Shown here piece after piece: positions 53,566 through 63,057 of a stretch of 64,000 nucleotides of DNA (position 1 is the stretch's first letter; each line of letters opens with the position of its first letter). The DNA is taken from contig OY829846.1 of the NCBI GenBank assembly GCA_963691875.1, forward strand, positions 1,984,001-2,048,000. The letters are read 5' to 3'. The translations under genes were made by a program, and so were the position numbers. Below the pieces are notes generated by a model. The model saw only the letters and a program-made list of their open reading frames with translations. It was not told the DNA's origin and made no database searches. This DNA comes from Aureliella sp. (GTDB taxonomy: Bacteria; Planctomycetota; Planctomycetia; Pirellulales; Pirellulaceae).

Positions 53566-54616
53566 GCTTTGGGCACTTGCAATTGCTGTTGTGACTGCTG
53601 TTTCCTGCGCTTTGTGCGGCAGCCTACTCGTTGTCAATCGACAATCGATGGTCAGCGAAGCTCTTAGCCACGCCGTGCTACCAGGACTGGCGCTCGCCTT
53701 TTTCTTGCTGCGTGACTACAACTCACCTTGGCTGCTCATTAGTGCCGCCGCAGGTGGAATGCTAATGATTTGGCTAACTGAGCTGTTTCGAAGTACGCGA
53801 ATCGTAGATTCAGATGCAAGCCTTGGAATTGTCTTTGCAGGCATGTTCAGTCTCGGTATTTTGCTTGTCGCCAACTTGCTCCGAGACACACACTTTCATG
53901 CAGATTGTGTTTTGGAAGGCAACTTGGTGCTGGCACCATTTGATCGACTGCGCTGGGGCGAGGTGGACTTGGGGCCGCGTGACTGGTGGCTAATGTCGGG
54001 CATTGTGACGCTTCAGCTGGTGTTTATCCTGGTCTCCTATAAAGAACTGAAAGCGATGCTGTTCGACCCGCAACTTGCCGGACGCTTCGGGTTGCGTCCC
54101 AAGCTTTTTGAGATGATTTGGTTATCGGTAGTTTCATTAACTACCGTTGCCGCCTTTAATGTCGCGGGCTCGATCTTGATTGTAGGGCTGATGATCGCAC
54201 CACCGGCTGCCGCATTTCTTTTGACTCAAAGATTGAGTCACCTCTTGATTGTTGCAACGGCCCTCGCCATTCTTAGCGCCATGGTGGGTTTCCTCGTTTC
54301 CATACCAATGGAGATCGCGCCGACTGGACCTGTTGCCTCGTCTGCCGGCCTCATTTTTCTACTTGTTTATCTTTTTGCCCCAAGGTCTGGTCTCGTTTCG
54401 CAGCACTTTCAACGGAAACGCAAGCGTGCGGACACCATCGAGTGCCTAGTGCTGCAGCTCGTTGCCGACAACACCTCGCTCGACCATCTGACCAAGAATT
54501 GGAATTCCGTGTTACGCAGTTTGATTGATAGGGAACTATTGGTGCAAGCCAACGACAAAATGCTATTAACTTCCTTTGGACAGTCAAAACTGGATTCAAT
54601 GCTGGCCGAGCTTTAG
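53555..54616 (+). CDS. Metal ABC transporter permease (ABC-3), second subunit
   Basis: SEALSHAVLPG, LEGNL, FDP, APPAAA. Confidence 0.92.
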   Translation: MSAELWALAIAVVTAVSCALCGSLLVVNRQSMVSEALSHAVLPGLALAFFLLRDYNSPWLLISAAAGGMLMIWLTELFRSTRIVDSDASLGIVFAGMFSLGILLVANLLRDTHFHADCVLEGNLVLAPFDRLRWGEVDLGPRDWWLMSGIVTLQLVFILVSYKELKAMLFDPQLAGRFGLRPKLFEMIWLSVVSLTTVAAFNVAGSILIVGLMIAPPAAAFLLTQRLSHLLIVATALAILSAMVGFLVSIPMEIAPTGPVASSAGLIFLLVYLFAPRSGLVSQHFQRKRKRADTIECLVLQLVADNTSLDHLTKNWNSVLRSLIDRELLVQANDKMLLTSFGQSKLDSMLAEL

Positions 54617-54640
54617 CAGACTCGAGTCGACAAATTATCG

Positions 54641-54838
54641 ATGAAATCACTTTGCAAATTGAGCAAATCCGACTTGCTGAAGGTCATTCCGCAGCTGTGC
54701 GAAGACCTGTCCGAATGCAAATTCGTGTGCCGCAAATGCGCGAGGCTTGCCCCAGGGAAAGACTGGCTCTGCAAACCCAACTCTATTGCCAAAGTCCTCC
54801 GTCTCGAGGAGGAAAAGTCTAGCGTCGGCAAGGACTAG
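54641..54838 (+). CDS. Small Cys-rich putative metal-binding protein
   Basis: MKSLCK...FVCRKCAR...WLCKP; starts 25 bp after the ABC operon on the same strand. Confidence 0.6.
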   Translation: MKSLCKLSKSDLLKVIPQLCEDLSECKFVCRKCARLAPGKDWLCKPNSIAKVLRLEEEKSSVGKD

Positions 54839-55015
54839 GGCGTTGGTTCATTCTGAGCGGCTTTGGCGACAACTTTCGGCTCATAAGTTCGCCCCCGCCT
54901 ATACGGACTGGCCGCGATACACAATCAGTCTGCTCGCGAAATACTTCACGGCGATACGGCTCACGACAGAAGCTCACTCTTCGTTTGACGCTCCGGCCCC
55001 GGCATGCTTTACTCT

Positions 55016-56449
55016 TCAATCAGCAAGAAACGCCGCAAGTGTGCTAAGGCTTTCAGTCGTGCGTAACATGTCGATTACCGCCCCCGGGCGTTTGTGATAA
55101 CGCATGCCCTCCGTGCTAACCCATGCGCCGCGTTCGTCAATCGATTGCATAATTGCCACCACCTCCTTCTCTCTCACTCGCCTTGTGGGGCGGCGCGATG
55201 CCTCGCGTCGTTTCTCCAGCTGCGTCTGTGTCAAAGCAGAAACTTCTTTGTACTTAGCTCGTAACTTGGCGACTGAGCTGGCCACCTGGAACCCGTAGTG
55301 CGTTGGCATATCGGAATCATCGTAGGTGAGCTGATAGTCCTTGGTGAAATAGAGCGGACGATTGCTGCCCAGCTCGTAAAATCGAGCCAATCGTCCATCC
55401 GGTACTTGTGAACGTTCCAAATAGTCGAGTGCTCGCGGAATGGGCTTTAAGTATTTTTGTTCGCCGGTGCAAAGGTAGATGTCCAGCAGTGTTCGAATCA
55501 CTCCTTGCGATTCGCCACCTGTGATCGCAGCTGGCTCAAACTTGCGTGCCCATATCGGCTGCATGGCGTAGCTGTATTGCTGTGCCCAAGCTGGTTGTGG
55601 TTCAGGCAACTGTGCAAGCAGCAGAAAATCAGCTAACTTGATTGCAGCTTCGCGATAGCGTTCTTCACTATAAACTCGGTGAGCCAACATCAATGTGGCG
55701 AATACGTCCGGTGCCAAGTTGTCGTTCAAGGTTGGCCGGTACCAGTAGTTTTGATGACCTGCATACTTGCGCGACCAGCTTTCAGGAAAACTTGCGGGAG
55801 CGTTCGGATCGATTTCATCTGGCAAACTTCCCTTGAGCATCCGCGAGTACACCTGCGGAAATCCACCGTTGGCAAACTGTCCATGCTCGATCAATCCGTT
55901 CAAAGCGAAAACAGCCATGTCGTGAACAGCTTCGTCCTGGAACTCCAACGCCTTGTCCAATCGAACAACGAATCGCATCGCAGACTGAGATTTATCATCA
56001 TCGAGGCTCGACTGATCCTTGGCTTTCCGAGGCTGCTTGGCGTGAGTTCGATAAGCCCATTTGACGCGGCGCTGCGGCTCAAACTCAATGGAAGCCTGCC
56101 AACCGCCGGAAAGCATTTGCCCCTTGCGTAACGCTTCGCCAACTTGTCGCGCTGCGGCTAAGAATTGCTGGTCCCCAGTAGCGGCATACAAGTCCAAGAA
56201 CGCTTCGCCCATTGTCGGAGTTCCCGGAGGCTGGGTCCAAACCGTTTGGGTTGTGACAATTCCCTCTCCCTCTCGCAAAGCAAGATCCGCCGAGTACCGC
56301 CAGAGGTAACCACCCTCAGTGCTAACCTCTTCCGTCAAGAACCGCACCGCTTTTTTTGCTGCTGCCATGGCATCCGCCGCTGTATCGGCGCGGCCCCAAG
56401 GAATCAGCGTGCAAAGCAAACACAAAAACGAAACAATCTTGATTGCCAT
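55016..56449 (-). CDS. Pectate lyase PL10-like (alpha/alpha-barrel) exported protein
   Basis: SSLDDD, NGGFPQ, TLNDN, WAQQY, WARKFEP, ARFYEL. Confidence 0.75.
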   Translation of the reverse strand: MAIKIVSFLCLLCTLIPWGRADTAADAMAAAKKAVRFLTEEVSTEGGYLWRYSADLALREGEGIVTTQTVWTQPPGTPTMGEAFLDLYAATGDQQFLAAARQVGEALRKGQMLSGGWQASIEFEPQRRVKWAYRTHAKQPRKAKDQSSLDDDKSQSAMRFVVRLDKALEFQDEAVHDMAVFALNGLIEHGQFANGGFPQVYSRMLKGSLPDEIDPNAPASFPESWSRKYAGHQNYWYRPTLNDNLAPDVFATLMLAHRVYSEERYREAAIKLADFLLLAQLPEPQPAWAQQYSYAMQPIWARKFEPAAITGGESQGVIRTLLDIYLCTGEQKYLKPIPRALDYLERSQVPDGRLARFYELGSNRPLYFTKDYQLTYDDSDMPTHYGFQVASSVAKLRAKYKEVSALTQTQLEKRREASRRPTRRVREKEVVAIMQSIDERGAWVSTEGMRYHKRPGAVIDMLRTTESLSTLAAFLAD

Positions 56450-56454
56450 GAGCT

Positions 56455-57996
56455 CTACTTCCCTTCGGCGGCCCACTTTTTCATCAGTGCGATGTTGTCA
56501 GTAATGCGCTGCAAGTGCGCTTCAGACTTCTTGCCTTTGATTCCACTCAGGTAGATCGCCATGTCGCTGTCGTACATCTCAGCTGACTCAGGTTTACGTC
56601 CCTGATCTCCGCTCGATTCCATCCAATCCTCTAAGGCCTGACGCATCTTGGAAAGCTGAGCGGCGTATCGCGGATCTTGAGCCAGATTGTTCAGTTCATG
56701 GGGATCAGCCTGCATGTCGAACAACTCCTCAACTGGTCGAGTCTGGCGGAAAACCGTTTCCTGCGCTGCATTGAGCTTTCCCGCCTCGTGCCACTCTCTC
56801 AAAGCAATCAATATACGCTTGGCATCTTTATAGGCGCAAGGCTGCAAGTAAGGCCGCTTGGGCAAAAAGTTGCGAATGTACTTGAAGCGTTTATCTCTCA
56901 CACTTCGCAAATGATCGACGGTTTCGTCGCAGCGATCGCGGGCCGAAAACACATACTCGCGAGGTAGATAGTCTTTGGATAAGATATCACGCGCTTGCAT
57001 CGCTTCGGGGATCTCAATTCCGGCTGCACCTAAAGACAGGGCAGCGATGTCGATATGCTCAACGACATCTTCCCTTACCGAACCAGCTTCAATGCCCGGC
57101 CCGCTGATAACCAGAGGAACATGAATCCCCTCCTCGTAAAGGAACTGTTTCCCTCGAGCATGGCTGATTCCATGATCGGTCATAAACAATACCAGCGTAT
57201 TCTGTCGCAAACCTTCCTTTTCCAGCCGATCCAGCACTTCGCCAACCATCAGATCCGTCAATCGCACGGACTCCAAGTACGCTTTCCAATCACGAATAAT
57301 AATGTCCGAATGCTTAGGATAGTAAGGCGGAAGCTCGACGACTGCTTCTGGCGTCTCCGCCCCGAAGGCTTTTTTCGCCGCATTACCCATGCGATCCCAA
57401 CCAGTAGAATCGGAGCCTCGCAATTTGCCGCCCGGTGTCATGATCTGCGCGAAGAAAGGCTGCCCAGGCTTGCGATTCGCCCAGTCACTGCCGTTGTAGA
57501 TCCCGCGATCCCACTCGAAGTTGTAGTCTGTCTTGCCGAGTCTATCGGGCTTGATTGGCCAGCCACTGATGGTCGTGTAATAACCGGCATCCTGAAAGAA
57601 CTTGGGCACGAGCTTAATATTCTCTGGGAGCTTTATCTTCCGTGCACCACGCCCGCTTCGATGATGATGCGCTCCAATACTCGTCTGGTACATCCCGGTG
57701 ATAAATGCCGAGCGACAAGTGGAACACACCGGGGCCGTTACCACTGCATTGGTAAACTTCACACCTTCGGCCGCTAGCCGATCTACGTTTGGCGTTTTGA
57801 TCGCAGTCTCGCCATAGCATGAAAAGTTGGCCGACATGTCATCTGGGATGATCCAAACGATATTCTGGGGATTGGACTTCTCGTGTGCTTGCGGCTCTGA
57901 AGCTACAGCTGGCTTTGTTTGCAGCGTTAGAAACGCTAGTGCGAAGCCACCAAGAAACAGGGCTCTTTTCAGCTGAGTGGAAGAGGATTTAAACAT
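56455..57996 (-). CDS. Sulfatase
   Basis: NIVWIIPDD, CSTCR, GKTDYN, TDHG, ARDRCDE. Confidence 0.92.
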   Translation of the reverse strand: MFKSSSTQLKRALFLGGFALAFLTLQTKPAVASEPQAHEKSNPQNIVWIIPDDMSANFSCYGETAIKTPNVDRLAAEGVKFTNAVVTAPVCSTCRSAFITGMYQTSIGAHHHRSGRGARKIKLPENIKLVPKFFQDAGYYTTISGWPIKPDRLGKTDYNFEWDRGIYNGSDWANRKPGQPFFAQIMTPGGKLRGSDSTGWDRMGNAAKKAFGAETPEAVVELPPYYPKHSDIIIRDWKAYLESVRLTDLMVGEVLDRLEKEGLRQNTLVLFMTDHGISHARGKQFLYEEGIHVPLVISGPGIEAGSVREDVVEHIDIAALSLGAAGIEIPEAMQARDILSKDYLPREYVFSARDRCDETVDHLRSVRDKRFKYIRNFLPKRPYLQPCAYKDAKRILIALREWHEAGKLNAAQETVFRQTRPVEELFDMQADPHELNNLAQDPRYAAQLSKMRQALEDWMESSGDQGRKPESAEMYDSDMAIYLSGIKGKKSEAHLQRITDNIALMKKWAAEGK

Positions 57997-58254
57997 CAAT
58001 TTGACCAATTGGGAAAGGCAAAGTTCGTTGCAAAACCGGGTTGAATCATAGTTACACTTTGCACGAGTTGGTCTTCGGGCGCCCCGCAACGCAGGCGAAG
58101 TGACCAGTCGTTTCCCGCGCTCACGCATCGGGTTTCCAAAATGCGCAACGCGCAACATCGATTCCCCGGACATTGTAGCTTGTTCGGACGCTGGTCGCTA
58201 AACTCACATTTGGCGGGTTGAATTGCCGTGTGAAAGAAAACCGTCGAACTATAA

Positions 58255-58788
58255 ATGAACAAAGCTACTCGCATTGGCCTTCTCTGCGGTATCAATGTCG
58301 GCGGCAAGAACATACTGCCGATGGCCCACTTGCGAGAAATCGCGACTTCGTTCGGCTACAAGAGTGTTCAGACCTACATCCAAAGCGGCAACTTGGTTTT
58401 TGAATTGAGCCGATTCGCAGCAAAGCTTACGAACGAGTTGGCTTCTGCGATAGAAGCCGAGTTTGGCTTTTCGGTTTCCACGATTGTATTGACCGGACCG
58501 GAACTGACGGAGGCTGTCGAAAAGAATCCTTGGTCAAATGAAGAACTCGAGGCACTCCACTTCGGAGTTCTTTCTCAGAATCCAACTCAGAAGCAAATTG
58601 CCGCAATCCTCGTCATCGACTCTGGCGACGACCGATGGCGTTGCGAAGGACAATTCGCTTACTTCTATTGTCCCAACGGATTGGCTCGCACCAAACTGAC
58701 TAATACTTTTTTCGAACGGCAGCTCTCATGCAAAATGACGGTTCGGAACTGGAAGACAACCCAGAAACTGATTGAGTTGATCTTATAG
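58255..58788 (+). CDS. DUF1697 protein
   Basis: GINVGGKN, TYIQSGN, TVRNWKT. Confidence 0.9.
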   Translation: MNKATRIGLLCGINVGGKNILPMAHLREIATSFGYKSVQTYIQSGNLVFELSRFAAKLTNELASAIEAEFGFSVSTIVLTGPELTEAVEKNPWSNEELEALHFGVLSQNPTQKQIAAILVIDSGDDRWRCEGQFAYFYCPNGLARTKLTNTFFERQLSCKMTVRNWKTTQKLIELIL

Positions 58789-58805
58789 TCGAACGGAACA
58801 GAACA

Positions 58806-59120
58806 ATGCGCCAGATACTAACTAGTCAATCGTTTGACTACACCTTCGAAGGTGGCTGGCGATTTCGTGTTCAGTTTCAAGATGGCATGGCCGCCAATCA
58901 GTTTGTCGTGGAAGACACAGGTGAGGTCTCCAACCAGAAGAGCGACATTCCCTATCAAGCTCGAATGATCTAGTAAGGACTCTAGCAGTTGGCCTTGCAT
59001 GAAACAAACGCCGGCGATCTTTTTTCACTCGTCATTGACCGACAGCAGAACAAGATTCACGCAGCCGCATCACTTGGCTAGCGCGGCAATGATGCAGGCT
59101 TTCACTTAAAGTCTGGTGAA
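58806..59120 (+). pseudogene. Decayed MoaF/lipocalin-like beta-barrel gene
   Basis: MRQILTSQSFDYTFEGGWRFRVQF...IPYQARMI**GL*QLALHETNAGDLFSLVID; protein-like frame with several in-frame stops; family recalled by eye. Confidence 0.4.
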
Positions 59121-59601
59121 ATCCACGCTGGAATCGCAACTAAACGGATTGGCGAACAGCCCAAACCGCGTGACAGACAAATCACTATTTTGCGCGATCT
59201 GCGATACTGAGAACCTGGAAGCGTTTGAGCCCAATTCCTATTCGCGTAAGCCAGGTTTACACTGCAAGGATTGTGGAGATCCCCTTCGTGCTCCAGAATC
59301 AGGCAAGATCTACGTTGGCATTCGCTGGCTTGTAACTCTCTTCGTCCCACTTGGAGTTTCAATGTTGGCGCCTTGACAAGGAAACCCGTTCGCCACTGAT
59401 CAAACTTGGAGCTGCAGCCGCCGGTTTCGCGATCCGGCAAGTCCTCCAACCTGCAGCAAAGTTCGCGGCCGACGAATCAAGTTGAAAACCCAGCGGGCCC
59501 AACCAGCCCCAAACCGCAATTGGGATAAACCAGCACCCAACGCAAACTCAGTACCGCGTATCCTCGTAATCTCAACGAATCTGAAGTCATTGGGCTCGTC
59601 C

Positions 59602-59996
59602 ATGAGAAGCTGCTACGCTATGCAACAATTCCTGGATCGTCACTCCTCTTAGCCGAGTGGTGCGATCATCGGCTTGCTTTCAAATGTTGTCACATTCTCT
59701 ATTCAAAGCTACTGGGTCAGTTCCAGGCAAAGTATTGCCAAGCTTGAGATTTCCAAGCTCTCGATACTTTCAACAATTCATACGATCGATATCCAACTAT
59801 GGAAGAAGGTCTTGCAGCCTTGTCGCAGGAGTCCGACAAGTTCATTCATAGGATCATTCCAGCTCTTCCAGTCGGTCCACGGGGCAAGCCTTACGAATAC
59901 AACAGCCTAGGACGCAATCAACCCTATGAGATCATTTGCTACGGTGCCGACCACCGAGAAGGCGGCACTGCTCTGATATCACAAGCGATAAGCTGA
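59602..59996 (+). pseudogene. gspG: Type II secretion major pseudopilin GspG remnant
   Basis: Fragments IIGLLSNVVTFS..SRQSIAKLEISK, YDRYPTMEEGLAAL, LPVGPRGKPYEY (cf. DPWGxPY), YGADHREGG across shifted frames; prepilin motif destroyed. Confidence 0.7.
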
Positions 59997-60096
59997 TGAA
60001 CAGAGACTAAAAACGCGAGATTTTTCCCGCCGCCGAAGCACGCCAGTTGCACGAACAGCCGACAGATCGCGACTTAGGCCTGGAGAAGAAAAGAAA

Positions 60097-60139
60097 GGGT
60101 GAGTAACGGGGCTCGAACCCGTGACCACTGGAACCACAA
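60097..60139 (-). tRNA. 3' half of tRNA-His(GTG), probable att remnant and not a complete gene
   Basis: Minus strand TTGTGGTTCCAGTGGTCACGGGTTCGAGCCCCGTTACTCACCC: anticodon loop, T-arm and acceptor 3' strand; no D-arm or 5' strand upstream. Confidence 0.8.
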
Positions 60140-60527
60140 GCGTAAGCGTCGGCACGCGAAAAACGCTGTTTTCTCTCAGGAACACGAAGATTTCTTTCGT
60201 CATTTCCCGTTCGCAGAGTTTAGCAAAGTGGTACACGCAAATCCAGCGTTTTGCAGTACTTACCATCTCTCGATGTGGACAAAAATGGTAATTACCATCT
60301 GCAATTACGGGTCCGCCGCGCCCGCCGGCGAAGACTCAAAAAAGTAACCGTCAACCAGCAACACTCAATGGCACTGGTGGACGCTCACACACCAATGCGT
60401 CGACAGAATTGAGCAACCGAAAGCCCGCTTTGGCCAAAGTCCTCCAACTAAGCCGCCCACTGGTCCGCCCAATAACGCTTCCGCATGTCGATCTCTTTCA
60501 AGAAAACCTAGAAGCCTAGATGATCCG

Positions 60528-60831
60528 TCAACATGCACTTCTACGTGCTCTCACGTAATGATCGCTGGAGGGTGGGCTGTGCTTCGGAACGCAAAGCCCG
60601 GTGACCTCAGCAGCCATAACTTCACAAATCATCTCACGCGCATATCCTCGCAGGAAGTCGCGAAAAATTTGCCCTGTCCGTGGCGCAGAAACTTGCCCGA
60701 GTGATTCCAAAAGACTTTCTTCGTTCATGATGGTTTCCCCCTTGTTTGCAGCCGACGAAAATTGAGGAATTGCGAAAGGCGGACCTCTGCCGTCCAGGAG
60801 ACCATCTTTCAATAATGAATGGAACGCTTCC
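60528..60831 (-). mobile_element. IS256-family remnant (left end plus truncated transposase N-terminus)
   Basis: ATG 60728 MNEESLLESLGQV...FRDFLRGYAREMICEVMAAEVTGLC; leader homologous to the copy at 61776. Confidence 0.7.
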
Positions 60832-60845
60832 GAATTCGATTGCAA

Positions 60846-61713
60846 TCACTGCGGTGAGCTTTTCTCAAGATCTGCTAGTCGCTCGAGGATGATGTCCAGC
60901 TTTTGCTCAAGCTGTTGCAGTTCTGAGTCTGATTCTTCTTGCATTGAGTCTAGGTTTTCTTTCATCACCGAGTCGTAGTTATTACATACTGCTCCGACCA
61001 CAAGATTGATCAGCAGGAATGCAGTGGAAATATAAAACGACATAAAGAATACCGTGACCACGAATGCCCCGCTTGCTGATTTTCCAGCCAACAAATCATA
61101 ACGCAAATCTGTCCAGTCTTCTCCGGTCAGTACTCTGAACATACTGAACATTGCTTCTGGAACGCTTGCGAATGGGTCGACCACTTCTCCGATGGCAGTG
61201 ATAACGACTGACTGATCTCGGAATAGAAGTACTCCGATGATCGAATACACGTACTTTGATGATCACTAGGAGGCAGACAGAAAAAAGAGAAGAGATCGAT
61301 TTGAATAAAACCTTTGTGATGACCTGCAATTCGGGGAAAGCTTTGACCAAGCGGAATACGCGAAAAACACGTAAAATCCGAAGGGAGGTAAGGAGTTGCG
61401 GATTAGGTATCCAAGTATCTGGAGCAAATGTGAGGCTCACTAGAAAGATGTCGAACCAGTTCCAGTAATTGGTAAGGTAGTCTCGGGCATTTTCCTTTCC
61501 AAACCAACGTATTCCAATCTCCAATGTGAAGCATGCGAGTATTACTTTTTGGATGAGAGCGATAGAGGCGACGTTGTGATCCAACTCTATACCAATTAAG
61601 ACGCTATTGATTACGATCAATGTTGTAATGAATACATTGAAAAAAGACGAATCGACAATTGTCCTGCATCGTGGGCACACTTGATATCTAATGAAATTTT
61701 GCATTTGGTGCAT
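60846..61713 (-). pseudogene. Voltage-gated 6TM ion channel (BacNav/Cav-like), frameshifted in S5
   Basis: WNWFDIF, S4 LRILRVFRVFRLVK, pore FRVLTGEDWTD, S6 INLVVGAV, coiled-coil tail; one extra base near 61254-61257 separates ORFs 61096..61932 and 60846..61250. Confidence 0.85.
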
Positions 61714-61775
61714 GCGTTGTGTTGGGGAACGAATTTGATATTGATTGTTGCAAATTGCTTGACGATCACCGATCT

Positions 61776-62185
61776 GGAAAGCGTCCCAATAATTGTTGAA
61801 AGTTGCAAGATGGTCTTCCAAAAAACAGAATCTGACCTTCGCAACTTTTTCAATTTTCGTCGGGCGTAACCGACGGGGAGACCAACATGAAAGGAGTCGG
61901 TTTTTTGCAATCTCTCGGGCAAATTGCGGCATCGCAATCTGGACAAGTCTTCCGCGACTTACTGCGAGGTTACGTCCGGAAAACGATCTGTGGAGTCATT
62001 GCTGCCTAGTCATAGAGCTTTGTGGTCCCAAGCACCATCCCTCACCAAGTGATCACTATCCCGCGGGCACCGCGCGTGTGCTTGTCGATGGGGAGTGGGA
62101 AGAAGTCGCTCGTCCGCGGGTGCGTCAAAAAGCCCCTGAAGGTAAAAGCAGCGAAATGGAACTGGCCAGTTGCCTGGCCCCCAAA
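61776..62185 (+). mobile_element. IS256-family remnant (left end plus frameshifted transposase N-terminus)
   Basis: GGAAAGCGTCCCAATAATTGTTG end; ATG 61887 MKGVGFLQSLGQI...FRDLLRGYVR, then shift to ELCGPKHHP...VARPRVRQK. Confidence 0.7.
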
Positions 62186-62268
62186 GCTCATCCTGCTGCT
62201 GCTTCATTATCCACGGTTCATTTGAGTCAGCATAAATTTCGCCCTGATCCTGAATCCAGTCAAGGAAC

Positions 62269-62988
62269 TCAGCGTTTTCGGGGAGTCGGTTCCAAGTCAG
62301 AATCAGTGAACTTGGACGAGAATTTCTTTGCTTCTTCTATGACCAAATGATTGTCCGCCTCCACAACCTTACCAGTTAACGTTCTCGCAGTTGATAACTA
62401 AGCGATGGACGCATAGTGCTCAGAAGCTTCATTTTCATCGTAAAGATTCCACCTTGACTTGACGGGTTTTGTGGCCCCGGCATCTAAGTCGGATACGTCA
62501 GTTGCGGTTAACGTTGATACGTGGCGTCCCCAGACGTTAAACAAAAGAAATCGCACTTCAAAGGCGCAAATGCCCTCTAAAGCTTTAACCGCGTAGCCCG
62601 CTGAGTAGTAGTATTCGCCGGCTGAGTAATCGGTTTCCGGTTCGTAAGCCGTAACGACACCCGTGCAACCGCATAAGCCGACAGGCATCGTGGTGTCGAT
62701 AACAGTGATAAACTCGCGTTCGAGACTCGATTCTTTATTCAGAATGATCGTTCGTGATAGCCGTGTACGAATCGATCCGCCAGATGCTTTTAATACTAAT
62801 AGCCCTTGTTCAGGGGTTTGCTCAGGCATGAGCTCTTCCGCTATCGAATCCTCCGCTATCGAATCTTCCGCTGAAGTAGGTTCAATCGCGGACGCATGCT
62901 TGCATTTAGGGCATTTTGTTGCTCTGCCGATGAATTGATCGTCGACAGATTGTTGATACCCGCATTGTTTGCACAGAAATCTCGCCAT
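62269..62988 (-). pseudogene. Zn-ribbon hypothetical protein interrupted by an in-frame TAG
   Basis: CKQC...CPKC N-terminus; after TAG 62398-62400 the frame continues 42 codons (LSTARTLTGKVVEAD...EPTPRKR) to TGA 62269. Confidence 0.55.
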
Positions 62989-63057
62989 TTCCCCCAGCCT
63001 TGCTCTCAGTAGAAGTCAGTCTCGTGGTTTAGTCGCTCTTCAAATCTCAATTGGTGT

